From NCBI GenBank assembly GCA_010015585.1, contig ML975153.1: 64,000 nucleotides of DNA. The stretch is one strand, 5' to 3'. The DNA is from Eremomyces bilateralis CBS 781.70. Its lineage: Eukaryota. Shown one piece after another: positions 10,429 to 22,800 of this stretch. Positions within the stretch are counted from its first letter, which is position 1, and every line of letters starts with the position of its first letter. The notes below the pieces were generated by a model that worked only from the letters and a program-made list of their open reading frames with translations, was not told the DNA's origin and did no database searches. The position numbers and the translations under genes are program-made.

Positions 10429-13400
10429 ATGTTGCTCAAGCCAGGACGTTTCGATCGAGGGTCGGTCTTCTATCCATGGTCAACATCTCCCCCGGCCTGC
10501 TTCACTCGAGGAACACCGTACGATGACGACGCCGACATCCTGATCCTCGAACACGGTGACATTCGAGACTTCCTTTTCACCGCCTACACTGGTCCTGGGT
10601 CTAAAACACGAAAATTAGATTTTACCTGTTGCGAGGCCCGGATTTGCGCCGTTGCAAGATCTATCGTCCTGCTCACTATGATCATCGATGACGACGGCTC
10701 GAATCAAGAGACGATATGGCGCCTCCACTCCGATATGCTCATCGATCACAGCACGCTGTGCTTCCTCCATAAGCATATGAAAAAGCTCCTGCCTCAAATC
10801 GCAACCCTCGGCGTATGGGACTCCGGAAAGTACGGGCGGACCCTCCGGTTCAGCGATGCTCGGACGTGGGCGAAAGTCAAAGACTTTTTCGAGTTCTACG
10901 CCGTGACTCCGAAGAAGGCGGCAGCTTTTCAATACCAACAGAAGCACCTGAAAGACCTCTGGGACAGGTACAGACGCGTCCATGATGCGGCGCCTTCGAG
11001 CCAACATGAGCTCATGGCGCAAGCCAAGAATGCTGCGAAACCGGCCATGAAACCAGGTTGGGCCCATCATTGTCTTGCCTTTGGCCGGTATCGTGAGACG
11101 GGCACCTGTTACGACTGCCCTAAAATCGCGGCGCGAGCAAACCGGGTTAATCCATTGCTCGCCACTCTCGACCGTGCGGAGCTCTGCTACGCTTCCGAGC
11201 CGTTCTCTGGATCGCATCTTGCCCCCGCCTTCACGAAAGTGGTATTTCCCAGGGACCGCCTACCGAACCCTCCAGAAGCTATTGACGGGTATGCTAGGCA
11301 TGCATATGGTCAATTCGAGCTATATTGCTATTCATTTCGGGATGTTGCTGCCACCGGACGTTGGAAGATTCGGTACGTCGTGGCGGACCCTATCGCCTTA
11401 TGCCATGTCCTGCAGCACCATCGAGTCCACGGAGAGACTGAAACGGCCAACTGGTACGGTACCTCCCAGAGCTTCGAACCACTGCTTCTGGATTCGCTCG
11501 ATTATACCGCCGAAAACAGGGCTACCAAAGCACCGACCATCTTCGATATCATCGCGTGTGGCGATATGGGAGATATAGCTGGAATCCTCAATGTCCTTAC
11601 GGCTTGCAGTCCGCTCTTGAAACTGAGGCTGACCAGTACCATCTTCACGCGTACATACTTTTGGAACACTCAAAGTCTCAAGATTGGATCTCAAGGCCCA
11701 TTGTGTGCGGACATTGCCACGGTGGCGCTACTCCTCGGCTTGACTCCGATGGAATACTGGTACACGGGCACATCAACGTCTAGCCATGACAGTATCCAGC
11801 TTGCTTTTATGGACATGAGCCACGGACATCCCCCTCACAACATCACGTGGAAGAGCACCATGCTACCGGAATGGAGAGCGAAGAAGGGCGAAGGCCTCTA
11901 CAGTCTCTACTCCAAGGCCCACCTCTCGTTCGACGCTCGCGAGTTAGCGTCGTTCATGTGGCGGCTATACACCTCAATGTTCGCCAGTGACAACTATGAA
12001 GCCCTTAAACGCACAGCCTACGATTGGGTCCAATGTCGGCTGATGCCCTCGTACACGCGCGGAGGATTCGCGGCGCTCCTGAAACTGGTCCTCGCCAACG
12101 TTGAAGTGGACTACGACGAGTTCGTGGATACTTTTGGAGACATGATGGCGGAAAGTCGGGAGGATCCATGGCTCGGGCCGTATCTCGAGGCCTTGCCGAT
12201 GTACCTCACTTCTGCCGGTCTCTTTGGCTGGGAGGACTTCCTTCTCACTGAAGGCTATGAGGACTTTCTCTCAGAGTCATGCCTAAGAGGCTGGGAGAAC
12301 CTCCCTACTCAGCTTTGTGTCACATTCTACATACCACCAAAACATATGATGGACTTTACAAAACCACCATGGGACGACGATATCGGACGTCCGGTTGTCC
12401 AAGTCAACTTCCAAACTCCCGATCTGTGGTTCGCCATGTACGATGTACACTGGTCTTGGGGTGAGATATCGTCCCAGGGCCGGGAGCGAACCAATAAACA
12501 CCGGCTTTTCTTTAAAGAGGACAAGAAAGGATGTGCCGGGCAGTCGCCTATGGTAGTCACCGTTATGGTGCCCACCTGGATCCTATTGCGGACGAAGGAC
12601 CTATCCGGAGAAGTCGAACTGGCGCTGCGGCATGACTACAATGTCGCAAAAAGATTCGGAGAGAGACTCTCCATGCAGGGTTGTTTGCCACTTTATACGA
12701 CCATGCTCAGCAGCAAAAACGTGTTCATCACCCAGGCTCCTCCTAACCTCGTCGGAAATGCCTCGCTCAGCGCGATCCCAGGACAGGAATTTCAGGATTC
12801 GCCGCTCACTCAGGAAAGTCGAGTCCACGATGCCAATATACTCATCCACGCCCACTTCAATAAGACCCAGTCTCGGGTGTCGCGAATGACCTTGCGGGTC
12901 ACCTGTAACACCGAAGAGCTGAAACAGCATCTACTAGAGCCAGCAGATGCTCTCAAAGCAGCGTGCATCGAACCGTTCACCGTCCAAGTGTTGATCGGCC
13001 TTTTTCTGTTCTCCATCACCCCTCCGATGCCGTTGAAACCCTTCGCGGGTGTGACACGAGTCAAACGAAAAGCAGGATACATCGAATACACGGGTCCGGT
13101 CATGTCCCGCAAATCGCTCGATAGATCCGTTGCCAATGTTTGGGCAATCGCCATGTATCCTTCCAGTCCTACCACGGGAAACCTGCACCACATTGAGTTG
13201 GATCGGATGCCGACGATTGACATCGATGATGCCTGCAGGCGCGGTTGGATATTCGACTACATCGGCTGCGTTCTCAATAATAAGGACAAAGAGGCGGTGA
13301 CAGCCCCCGTCCCCTACGACTACAATTTTCCAGTCCCATACTCGCCATTCAAACTGCGCATTGCGCAGATGATCCTAGGGTATGGATGTCCGATCAAGTC

Positions 13401-14235
13401 ACGAAAGACTGTCTTCATGATCGCAGAACGGGAAAATGAATCATCAGAGGACGTCAAACCCCATTTTATTATCTTGCTCTCTTCGATCAAGCTGGACCAG
13501 ATCGTCCAAGGCGTCGTTCTCGATTGCGCGGTCATTCCTCTCAGCGACGGGCTCCGAGCACTGCTGGCGCCGTTCATGCAAACCTTGGTCTCGAGCAAAG
13601 GCGCGTACCAAGTGTTTCACGGGACGCGCAAGGAGATCGCGCTTTGGCGGCGGGCACTGATGTCCTTTGCCGATCGAGCCCGCACCTGGCCACACAAAGC
13701 GACGTGCCGATACCAGTCCTGTACGCCCCGCTACCACGGCAAGGACGGTCCGATCTGCGCGTGTGGCACGGGCATCTTCCCGTCTGACTATCCGGTGGAG
13801 GCCGAGTTCGAGAAATTCATCCACGACCCGAAATTCAACGACTTCGCGGTGCGCGTCGCGATCCCGGTGTGCTTCCCCAACCCGCTGTTCGAAAAGACCT
13901 GGAAGTGCTACCACTTGAGCAACCAGGCGCAGGTCACGGAAACGGCGCAGATGATGACGCAGACCTTCGATATCATGATCCGAGGGGACCTCTGCCTAGC
14001 GTGTAGGGAGAAACCGGGTGGGAGGCCGTTGTTGAGATGTTCGGGGTGCCACGTCGCGCAGTATTGCTCGAAGGAGTGTCAGAGTAAGGATTGGAAGAAG
14101 GTTCATAAGAGGATTTGTAAGGAGTTCGCCGAGGACCCTCCTTTTCAGAGGGCGGTTACCAGGACACGAAGGCGTTCTTCTCCTACCAACACGTCCGTTC
14201 CGGACCATGTGAGGGTGGCGAAGTGGGGGGAGTAG
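10429..14235 (+). CDS. DUF4470-type N-terminal domain + C-terminal MYND zinc finger protein (1268 aa)
   Basis: N-terminal ADILILEHGDIRDFLFTAY...LDFTCCE...ARSIVLLTMIID; a W.HK..C.Y...PICACGTG.FP block; MYND CLAC...LLRCSGCHVAQYCSKECQSKDWK.HKRIC. Confidence 0.85.
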   Translation: MLLKPGRFDRGSVFYPWSTSPPACFTRGTPYDDDADILILEHGDIRDFLFTAYTGPGSKTRKLDFTCCEARICAVARSIVLLTMIIDDDGSNQETIWRLHSDMLIDHSTLCFLHKHMKKLLPQIATLGVWDSGKYGRTLRFSDARTWAKVKDFFEFYAVTPKKAAAFQYQQKHLKDLWDRYRRVHDAAPSSQHELMAQAKNAAKPAMKPGWAHHCLAFGRYRETGTCYDCPKIAARANRVNPLLATLDRAELCYASEPFSGSHLAPAFTKVVFPRDRLPNPPEAIDGYARHAYGQFELYCYSFRDVAATGRWKIRYVVADPIALCHVLQHHRVHGETETANWYGTSQSFEPLLLDSLDYTAENRATKAPTIFDIIACGDMGDIAGILNVLTACSPLLKLRLTSTIFTRTYFWNTQSLKIGSQGPLCADIATVALLLGLTPMEYWYTGTSTSSHDSIQLAFMDMSHGHPPHNITWKSTMLPEWRAKKGEGLYSLYSKAHLSFDARELASFMWRLYTSMFASDNYEALKRTAYDWVQCRLMPSYTRGGFAALLKLVLANVEVDYDEFVDTFGDMMAESREDPWLGPYLEALPMYLTSAGLFGWEDFLLTEGYEDFLSESCLRGWENLPTQLCVTFYIPPKHMMDFTKPPWDDDIGRPVVQVNFQTPDLWFAMYDVHWSWGEISSQGRERTNKHRLFFKEDKKGCAGQSPMVVTVMVPTWILLRTKDLSGEVELALRHDYNVAKRFGERLSMQGCLPLYTTMLSSKNVFITQAPPNLVGNASLSAIPGQEFQDSPLTQESRVHDANILIHAHFNKTQSRVSRMTLRVTCNTEELKQHLLEPADALKAACIEPFTVQVLIGLFLFSITPPMPLKPFAGVTRVKRKAGYIEYTGPVMSRKSLDRSVANVWAIAMYPSSPTTGNLHHIELDRMPTIDIDDACRRGWIFDYIGCVLNNKDKEAVTAPVPYDYNFPVPYSPFKLRIAQMILGYGCPIKSRKTVFMIAERENESSEDVKPHFIILLSSIKLDQIVQGVVLDCAVIPLSDGLRALLAPFMQTLVSSKGAYQVFHGTRKEIALWRRALMSFADRARTWPHKATCRYQSCTPRYHGKDGPICACGTGIFPSDYPVEAEFEKFIHDPKFNDFAVRVAIPVCFPNPLFEKTWKCYHLSNQAQVTETAQMMTQTFDIMIRGDLCLACREKPGGRPLLRCSGCHVAQYCSKECQSKDWKKVHKRICKEFAEDPPFQRAVTRTRRRSSPTNTSVPDHVRVAKWGE

Positions 14236-14421
14236 GAAGGACTGGGAAATCAATGGATGCTACGGAGCGAATACAAATGTGTACAATAATTTCATAGTTG
14301 AAGAATGCTATTGGAGAACGTCATGACACGTTCCCCGTAACTCTATATACTTGATGCCCAGCGTGCCGTAAAGACGCCATACTATCCATCGCCGTCTCGC
14401 CGATCCCAAAACCCAACCCGA

Positions 14422-15211
14422 TCATCGCCCGTCCCACTTGAGATTGAATCGACCCTCCGCATTTTGGTAGTCTCTTAGACACCGCACCACGTCGTCTGCC
14501 TCCTTTGCCTCGACGATGATGCCCGCGTTATTCCCCGCAATGAACCCAGAGTCGACCGCCTTGTTCACCCACATGATCAACCCATCCCAATAGCCATCCA
14601 CATTCAACACCACGATCCCCTTATCGTGAATCCCCAACTGATTCCACGTCGTCACCTCCATCAGCTCCTCCAGGGTGCCATACCCCCCACTCAACGCCAC
14701 GAACCCCCCTCCTTCTCCCCCCTCCATCACCTCCCGCGCCATCAACGCCTTCCGAGTATGCATATCCTTCACCACCGTCGTCCGTCCGTACACGGTCTCG
14801 TCGATTGTGCTCTGCCCCGCCTGCTCGCGCCGCATCAGCGCCTCCGGGATCACCCCGTGCACGGCGGCCGGCCCGCTAAGCGCGACCAATGTGCGCGCCA
14901 CCTCGCCCATAATGCCGACCGTGCCGCCGCCGTAGACGAGGTGGATGCCGTGCTTGTGGAACGCGTGGGCGAGGGCGCGGGCGGCTTCAAGGTGGGCGGG
15001 GGAGGTTCCGGGGTGGGCGCCGCAGCTGGGGTGGGGTTAGCATAGTGGTCGACGGTCAATTGAAACAATGGCGGGGGAAAACATACAAGACGCAGACCAC
15101 GGGAGGTTTCCCGTCTATTATTGACGCCCCGTTCGCTTCGGCGGGAATGGCCATGACTTCTTGATTGAGGGCCGTTGGTTCGAGTGATGAGGTGGAGCTT
15201 TCGACAGCCAT
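14422..15211 (-). CDS. LOG family nucleotide phosphoribohydrolase (lysine-decarboxylase-like), 2 exons
   Basis: Spliced VVCVFCGA...LVYGGGTVGIMG...MHTRKALM...GGYGTLEELMEVTTWNQLGIHDK. Intron GTATGT...GCTAAC..CAG at about 15086-15026. Confidence 0.9.
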
Positions 15212-16429
15212 GGTGAAGGGGGATGTATCTATATATAAGAAAATAATCGAGGTACACAACTTAAACCTAATGCAATGTACATGCTAGTATTGTACTCTGG
15301 GAAAGCGGCAAAGAGACTCGAGTTAGACTATAAGAGCGATTTGGAGGAAACAGAACTTCGGAACCGAAACCAGGATGATTATTATGATGGCGACCATGAC
15401 TCCTCCGCCATTCACTCAGAAACGATGGATCCATCAATTTCGCCCCCTATGATTGGTAATTCCGATTAACACCGCTGATATTGCCCACCGAAAAAGTTCC
15501 GCATCCCTTCAAAGTTCACACATCACGCTCGGATGCTCCCAACTTGAGAATTCCCAATGTCGCTTGTGAGAGGATTGATGGGCGGTTCCAGCGTAGCCTG
15601 CAGCATCCTGCTTCTTATCGCCGGGTTGCCCCTGGGACGCGGTGCTTTTGCAGCACGAGGGGGACCAATAGGGATATGCATGGCTTCCGGAGATGTGGGC
15701 GGGGTGGTCGATTGCGGCACAGGAATTCAATATACGTAGAATTAGGAGAAGCGAAAGGGATGCGCGGTGGTTGTATCCCCAGCATGGTCTTCAAGGGTGC
15801 GATATAGGTGGACGTCCGGACTATATTGAAAGAAGTTCGAAAATCGGGATTGGGCTACGAAGCTCGGTGGAAGGAGAGATGAGGGATTGGTAGCGGTGTT
15901 CATATTCGATAGGGAATGGCAATGGGACGATTTGAGGGTTTCGGAAGTGAAAACTAGTATCATCTGTAGGAGACATGTTCATGTCGACTTCATCCTGAAT
16001 GGAATGAGAGTTGCGGCACCACGGCCCGGACTTCTCACCGCTGCACCTGCATTCTGCAACGTGATATTAAGATCGCCTTTTAGACCTGCCGGAAAGCTAA
16101 AGCTTAATGGATTCAATCTTCAGAAAAGCCCGTCCGGACTCGATATACTAGTATACAATTCGAAAACTAAGAAATGCTGTGAAGCGACGCGTGCCACCCA
16201 AGTTGCTCATTACGGCGACGTGGTATCGTTTCCGGCAAAAGCTTCAAGAGAACCTCACGAAAGGACAGTTTGCGGCGCGTGCGTCACCATCGACCTTGGA
16301 AACCGGACTCCATGCGACCGCCCCATCGTTGTGGTAGCTCGAACGGGTCCACTACATTCCCCCAAAGCGAGTCTCAGACTAACATTTCCACTCGCTATAC
16401 CCTCCAATGATCTGAAACATCGATGCGGC

Positions 16430-18847
16430 TCATCTGAACCCTGGCATCTGGAAACCGAACTGCGGAATCTGCGGAGGCACCCCAACCGTGTTCGCTTCCG
16501 GACGCGGTGCAGGGCTAGCCCGACGAGGCGGCGTGGGTCGGCTCGGACGATCACCGTATCTCGGTCTCGGTCCCGGTCCCTGGTCTCGTGGTCCCTGGTC
16601 TCGCGGCGGAGGACCTCGTCGCGGGGCGCCCGGGTCGGCGACGACACGGCGAGAAATGGCTAAGGAAAGGTCAGGACTGCGGGAGAGGATTGGCAATTGA
16701 GGGAAGTAGGGGACCGTACCTTTGGAGGAGACGCCGGCGCCGATTTCAATGTCGGGCTCTTCGACCACCATGCCTGACTCGATCGGTCGGCCACCCGAGC
16801 CGCCGAATTCGGCGGTCAGCATCCATTTGCGGTCGGCATCGGTGAGTGCATCGAGGGGGATGATGCTGACGCCGGAGTTGTAATCGTTGCATTCGCGAGG
16901 GCCGAAACCTACGCCCCATCGGGTCTGTATTGTTTGTTAGCACTGGAAATGCACTGGATGATGGCTGTAGCTTACCGATCTAGCTTTGTGCAAAACCTCC
17001 GGATCTGTTTCCCTATCCATGCCACTCTTCGCGTTGAGCGCGTCCTGTCGATTCGCCATCTTGACAAACGCATGGCGTCGTTCAGAATTGACGATGACAC
17101 TCTGCACGGTGCCGAAGCGGGAGAAGATGCGATGGATCTCACCTTCGTTGCCGGTCACGCCGCCTACAAAGAGGGTCCTACTCAATACTACCATGTTTGT
17201 CAGTCACTGCGTTTGCTATACTCGAACAATCATGCATACCCTTGATGTGGTTCCGGGGAATTGATCGATCCCAGTCCATGAACTTCTGCCCGGGAGCACG
17301 CGGCGGTGCGGCTTGCGGGGTGGGCTGTCTATCGCGTCCGGATCCCATGGGACTACGCTGCCGGTAATCACCACCGCCTCGCCTCGGAGGGCCGCGGTCC
17401 CTACGATCATAGCCATGGCCCGGGCCTTCTCGACCCACCGTGTTTGGGTCATACACGCCGTATGTCGGACTGTCCCGGCGAGCGAGAGGGGAGCGACGTT
17501 GATAATCCGGAGACCTACTCCGTCCCCGCGGTTCACGATAGTCCGGACGGTCCGGTGCCCTAGGATCGCGAGGATATTGGCTACCGTTGGTATCTGGTCT
17601 GCTGTAATCTGCGGGACCTTGCGGTGCAGATGGAGGATACTGCGCAGCTGGAGTAGGGGGAGCGAGGTTTGGAAGCTGGGTTACACCCATGGAACTCAGA
17701 ATCTGCGCGATCTGCTCCGGAGGGAGATTGGCGGCAGCAAGCCCTTGAAGAAGCTTCAAGAGCTGTGCTGGATCCGGATGCGCATTGCCGTTGGGTGGAG
17801 CTGCGCCGGCAGTTGATTGCGCGGCTGGTTGAGCGGGTGCTGGTCCTGAATACGATATTCCTTGCGAAGGCGGAGCGAAACCATTGGATCCGTTTACTGC
17901 TCCTGGATACGATGGCTGTGGTTGTTGACGGCCGTAGTTGGACGCCTGGGGAACAGGTGGTTGCGTGGGTTGTGGTGCTTGCGGTATACTTTGCTGAGAC
18001 TGCGGAACCAATGCCGCGAGAAGTTCTACCGCACTTAGCTGCTTAGCCGGCTGAGCGGCAGGAGTTTGCTGAGGCGCCGCTGCGGGAGCCGTCTGCTGGT
18101 ATCCTACAGGATTGTTTGCCGGAACGGGGGTGGAAGTTTGCGGAAGGACTGTTGGACTTTCGTTAGGAACGGACATCGAGTCGACTCGTTTCAAGAATCT
18201 CTTACGGCTGGATGAGCTTGCGAGTTTCTCTTTGAACCCGGCCAGCATCGGTCGTGGGAACGTGCTGCCACGCTCCCAGATATCTATCAGTTTGCTGATT
18301 TTCTCCTACACGAGACGAATATGTAAGTATTGGACTTTTGGACCGCGACGTTCATTATGGCAGGGGTGGTGGATCTAGCAGTTGGGATGTCGTGCATACT
18401 GAGTGCCAACACACAGTTCATGTCGTACCTTTTGGTTGTCCGGGGCTACTTGAAGAAGCTCATTCATCAATACGGGTAACAGCTCGGTCATCTTATGGAC
18501 GCCAGAAGCAAAGGTTCCCTCGGGAGCGGCTGCGCCGAGCGCTTGTCCCGATAGCCTTGCTTTCTCGATCCATTGTCGAGTTACTGAGTCTACGACATAC
18601 AGCACGCCAAGTTTATGCGTTGGGAGAGTGCGCTGGAAGTGAGAGGCGATTTTATGCACGAGCGCAGACTCGGACTAAACACAGGCATCATTAGTGTGCG
18701 TTACAGTGCCTAGCCGACCGAGTGTCATACCTTGATGTTTGCGATACAGAGCGCGGTGATCGCCTCGATCTTAGTCTTCGTGACCCCAGGAGCCTTCAAC
18801 GTCTGGAGCGACTGGAGGAGATTGGCAACCTCATCTGGAGCCGACAT
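16430..18847 (-). CDS. seb1: Seb1/Nrd1 CID + RRM RNA-binding termination factor, multi-exon
   Basis: N-terminal CID (KAPGVTKTKI..IT..C; THKLGVLYVVDSVTRQW; KLIDIWERG.TFP), an RS-rich segment, RRM VLSRTLFVGGV...RHAFVKM, then WGVGFGPREC.DY..GVSIIP and MVVEEPDIEIGAGVSSKAISRR. Confidence 0.92.
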
Positions 18848-19442
18848 GTTGTATACGATGCCCTAAGGCGCGATCAATGTAATGTGTGAAGTTTACGTGA
18901 TTCCTAGTCCTGGTCAAGGAATCAAATATCGAGCAAGTAGTATCCGCAAGGAATGAGGATTGTACTCCGTGTTATCGTTACGAGTACGCCGAGTGAGTGG
19001 CAACAGAGAGAGTACGGTAGACAGATCGCGTTGATAGGAAATTGTTATCGCGGGATCCGGCTACAGAAGGCGCGCGACAGACGGGTTCCTTCGAGTCCTT
19101 CGAGTCCGACTACCGTAATCAGTGTGGATGCGACTACGTGTGCTCAACCGAAATGAGGAAACCGTCCCTCGAAAGGAGATATGTGCCTTCACAGCACGCG
19201 TCAGTTACGAAGTAATGGTGAAGTCTGGTTGAGCTGGATGGAAAGCTTCTTCAGATTTGGCTGAGATTTAGAATACGTAAGGGTTTACGCCTGAAGAGAG
19301 AAAAGAAGATGAGAGATGAAAAACGAAGGTTACAGCAAAACTTTTCATGGATCCAGATAATTGTTGGTTTCGTTTTGAGATTTGCGATGTGATGGCGACG
19401 GCGGAATTTTGGCCACAGAATGTCAGCATCCGCATTCCCCGA

Positions 19443-19487
19443 TCACGTGGTTATCACGTGGTTATTACATGTCAAACTCCACGTGAC
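19443..19487. promoter_or_regulatory. Cluster of three CACGTG E-boxes upstream of seb1
   Basis: ATCACGTGGTT twice in tandem plus CCACGTGAC, about 600 bp upstream of the seb1 ATG. Confidence 0.35.
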
Positions 19488-19812
19488 TATCCTGGTCATC
19501 ACCACATGTCTATGCACGCGGCGGAAGGAAATATTCGCATCCCTACCACCACAACTACTAATACAGGGATCTCCGTGTGCCATGACCCAATATCAAAGCC
19601 ACAAGTGAGAGTTGTAGCTGGTTAACCATGTGCTACACAATTCATATCTAATACAGAGAGCTAATTATGATGGTTACTGTCAATACAAATGATCTACTGA
19701 CAGTGATTTAGTGGTTTCACTGATTACATTAACAGGTTGTGAACGTCTAAATGAGACCGACTGAGCCTCACAACAGTATGCTTAGGGGTATCTAGATCAC
19801 AGCCCTCCTAAT

Positions 19813-22800
19813 TCATCGAGCATGTATCCTACACGGACTATTCGCATGCCAAATCCTCTTCCCCTCCTCTTTCACCCGATCCAACTCATTCATCCCCCCC
19901 TTCCTCTCCCTCCTTTCCCCCACCCCCACCTCCTCCACACACGCCCCCACCTCAAACTCTCCCCGACACAACGCCGCCACCCCAATCGTCACCGTCCGCG
20001 CCTCCCCCGGCCGCAGCGGCTCTAACACCTGCTGTAATAACCCACTCCACGCAAAGCGCTTGCCCAGATCCAATGCGGTGCTGATCGGCTGCCCCGCCAT
20101 CCGGGGCTGTAGCCGCAAGATGCCGTGGACCGCGCGCGCCGATCGGTTGCGGATCGTCGTGCGCAGGGTAAGCAGATCGTCCACCTCGACGGAGAAGGTA
20201 TGCTGTCCGGTTTGTCGGACATCCGCTGAATCCTCCTCGTCGTCTTCGTCTTCGTCCTCGCTCTGCTCGGCGCCGATGATCTGCATCTCAATGGAGACGT
20301 CTCCCAAGCTGAGGTTGTCCACCATGCCCCGCGAGAGTCGGATCCCCCGAAGGTCAACGTCGCCTTTCCGACCAGTGCCGCCTTCCTGCCATTCGCCTCG
20401 GATCATCTTAAGCAGCTCTTCCCGGAACCAGAACGCCTCCCTGATCGACCGCTCGGCGTCGGGGCCGATCGCGTTCTGGGAGACGATGAACTGCTTCTCG
20501 TTCTTCGGGTTTAGCGCCGTGATGCGGTCGAATCGGTGGGCGAGGTAGGATTTCGGGAGGACAAGAAGGACGCGGTTCAGGTGGCCGGGTTGGATGGTTT
20601 GGTGGACGGAATAGGTGCAGATATCGTCCTTTGCGCTCGTGTCGTCGGGGTTATGGAGTACGTGCAGCGAGACAGTGAGAGGCGTCGGCCATGTGTTTCG
20701 TAGATCGAGGAGTAGGAGGCAATATTCATCGGCGGTTAATTTCACACCCACGCGATTGAGGAGGGTCTTGAAACGGGTGCCATGGGCCTCGGCGGACTTC
20801 AGCAGGCTCTTTGGTTCCTTCTCGCATGCTCCCGCATTTTGACTCGCCCAGGCAAAATCCGAACTAAATGGGAGAATATCGGCGCGGTGCACATGCACGC
20901 TGGCGTTCACAGTGATCGCGATCGGAACCGCGACGAGGCGCGTATACACCTTATCCTGTGCCTGCGCATCGTCTTTACCGACGTTCGCATAAGCGAAGCG
21001 GACCATGACTTCAGTCAACCCTGGCTTCCCCAAAACCTCAAAGCAGAACGTAACCGACGATCGCGGCGCGATTTCCGTCGGGGGCGTCCCCTTCTCGGAG
21101 CTGAGCTTGACGGCAGGATTGATGAGCAGTTGGTGCTCCAGTTCGTAGACCTCGGCCATGGGCAGGCTGCGATTGGTCAGCGCTTCTTGGAACGCGGCCT
21201 GCGTCGAGTCGAGGAAGGAGACATGGACGAAGTTGACGGGGATGCGGTCGGAGACGTTCTTCAGGGTAATGGAGAACCTGGCCCGCTCGCCTTCCAGGAC
21301 CATAAGCGCGGACTGCTGCAGGGAGACCGCCGTCATCGTGACGACCGGCTGCTCGGGGATGATATTCAGCGGCACGGTGGCGAACTTCGGGCCGGATTCC
21401 GTGCCAGCGCCGTCTTTCGACACGGTCGACGAGTCGGACACGAGCCTCGATTCCAAGGTGAGCGCGGCATGGATCCCAATGTTCTTCACACGATGGTCCG
21501 GCTCCGGTCGCCATGGCTCCACGACGATCGGGAACGTCTGCTCTCGACATCCGCGAACCTTCACCGTGCATCCGATGATCTTGGCCTGCCCTGCTTCCTC
21601 TGGGATGGCGACGATGGTGAAACGCTGCGACCGGAACGGTCCGAGAACGGCTCCGCTTCGCGACGACCGGAACGCGGCGCCTTCTGTAGCGATGCTCAGG
21701 GACTCAATATCCAGTTCAAAATCGAAGGGGTTTTGTAGTGTCGCGATAAAGTCTCGCTCCTCGCCGACCACGAGCATTGTTTCGGGCACTCGATTCTCCT
21801 GAATCTTTTGGAACGGGTTATGCAGGAACGGCCCCGTCGATTCCTTAGACTTCTGGTCGAAGCCGCCCGCAAGCTCCGAACGAGACAGCGGACTAAGCGA
21901 CAAGTGCTCGAAACTCGCCGCGACCGCCAATCCGCGCACCAGGAAGAAATCCCAATAGCCGGTAGCAATATCCGTGATGCCCAGCCCGCGCGCCGAGGCC
22001 ACCGTCCGCGCGACGTTGTTCGCCATGCGTAGCTGCTCCTCTCGCGAAAGTGACAGGAAGTAGTTGGTGTTGTTTAGCTTCATGGCTTGGCCCGGCCCCA
22101 CGATGCTGAGAAGCACCGAGGTGAAATCCAAGACGCCCTGGAAGTCGGGCAACGCTTCGCAGAAATTGATGCACGTGCGCAGAACGTCCAGCTTCATGTT
22201 GAGGTTTCCGAAGCTGCGTAGCCGGGATTCCAGCAAGATGCGCTCGATGGCAGCGAACTGCGCGGAGGCGAAGCCATCTCCTTTGCTAGCTTGGTCGTCT
22301 CCGTTAGTATGGCTAGTGGACGATTCCATTCTACCTTGAGCCCTCGTTTTCGAAGGGATCCCATACACGGATCCCATCCATATTAAGAACTGATCCACCC
22401 CGCTCTCGATCTCGCTGGCGGGGATCTCAAGCGCACTGGCCCCCGGCGCGGCCCCGTTCGCCAGATTCAGCGCGGCCAGCCCCGCCGCCGGATGCAAGCC
22501 CATCTCCGCCGCGCCAACCTTCCGCGCCTGGATGAGTCCGGGGATGAGGGCCGCAAGCAGCTCCTTCAAAATGATTGCCCGCTTGCGATGCATGCCGATC
22601 AGGGAGAACACCGAGGCGATGCCTGCGAGGATCATGACGTAGTCCATGGACGAGACACGGGAGGGTTGGAACTCGTCGGGGACGGCGCGGAATAGGAGTT
22701 TGGAGATTTCATTCCGTGTGGGTGTGATTGTGAGTCGTGAGACGCCCAGGTTCGCTTTCGAATTGAGCGGCGTGCCGAGCACGATGAATTCTAACGCCGC

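Noticed and set aside
15887..16663. 258-aa + strand ORF with RS repeats
   Set aside because: Antisense to the seb1 3' end. The RS pattern is the complement of the PRDQG repeats.
20782..21802. Long + strand ORFs (318 and 214 aa)
   Set aside because: Antisense shadows within GC-rich TRS120.
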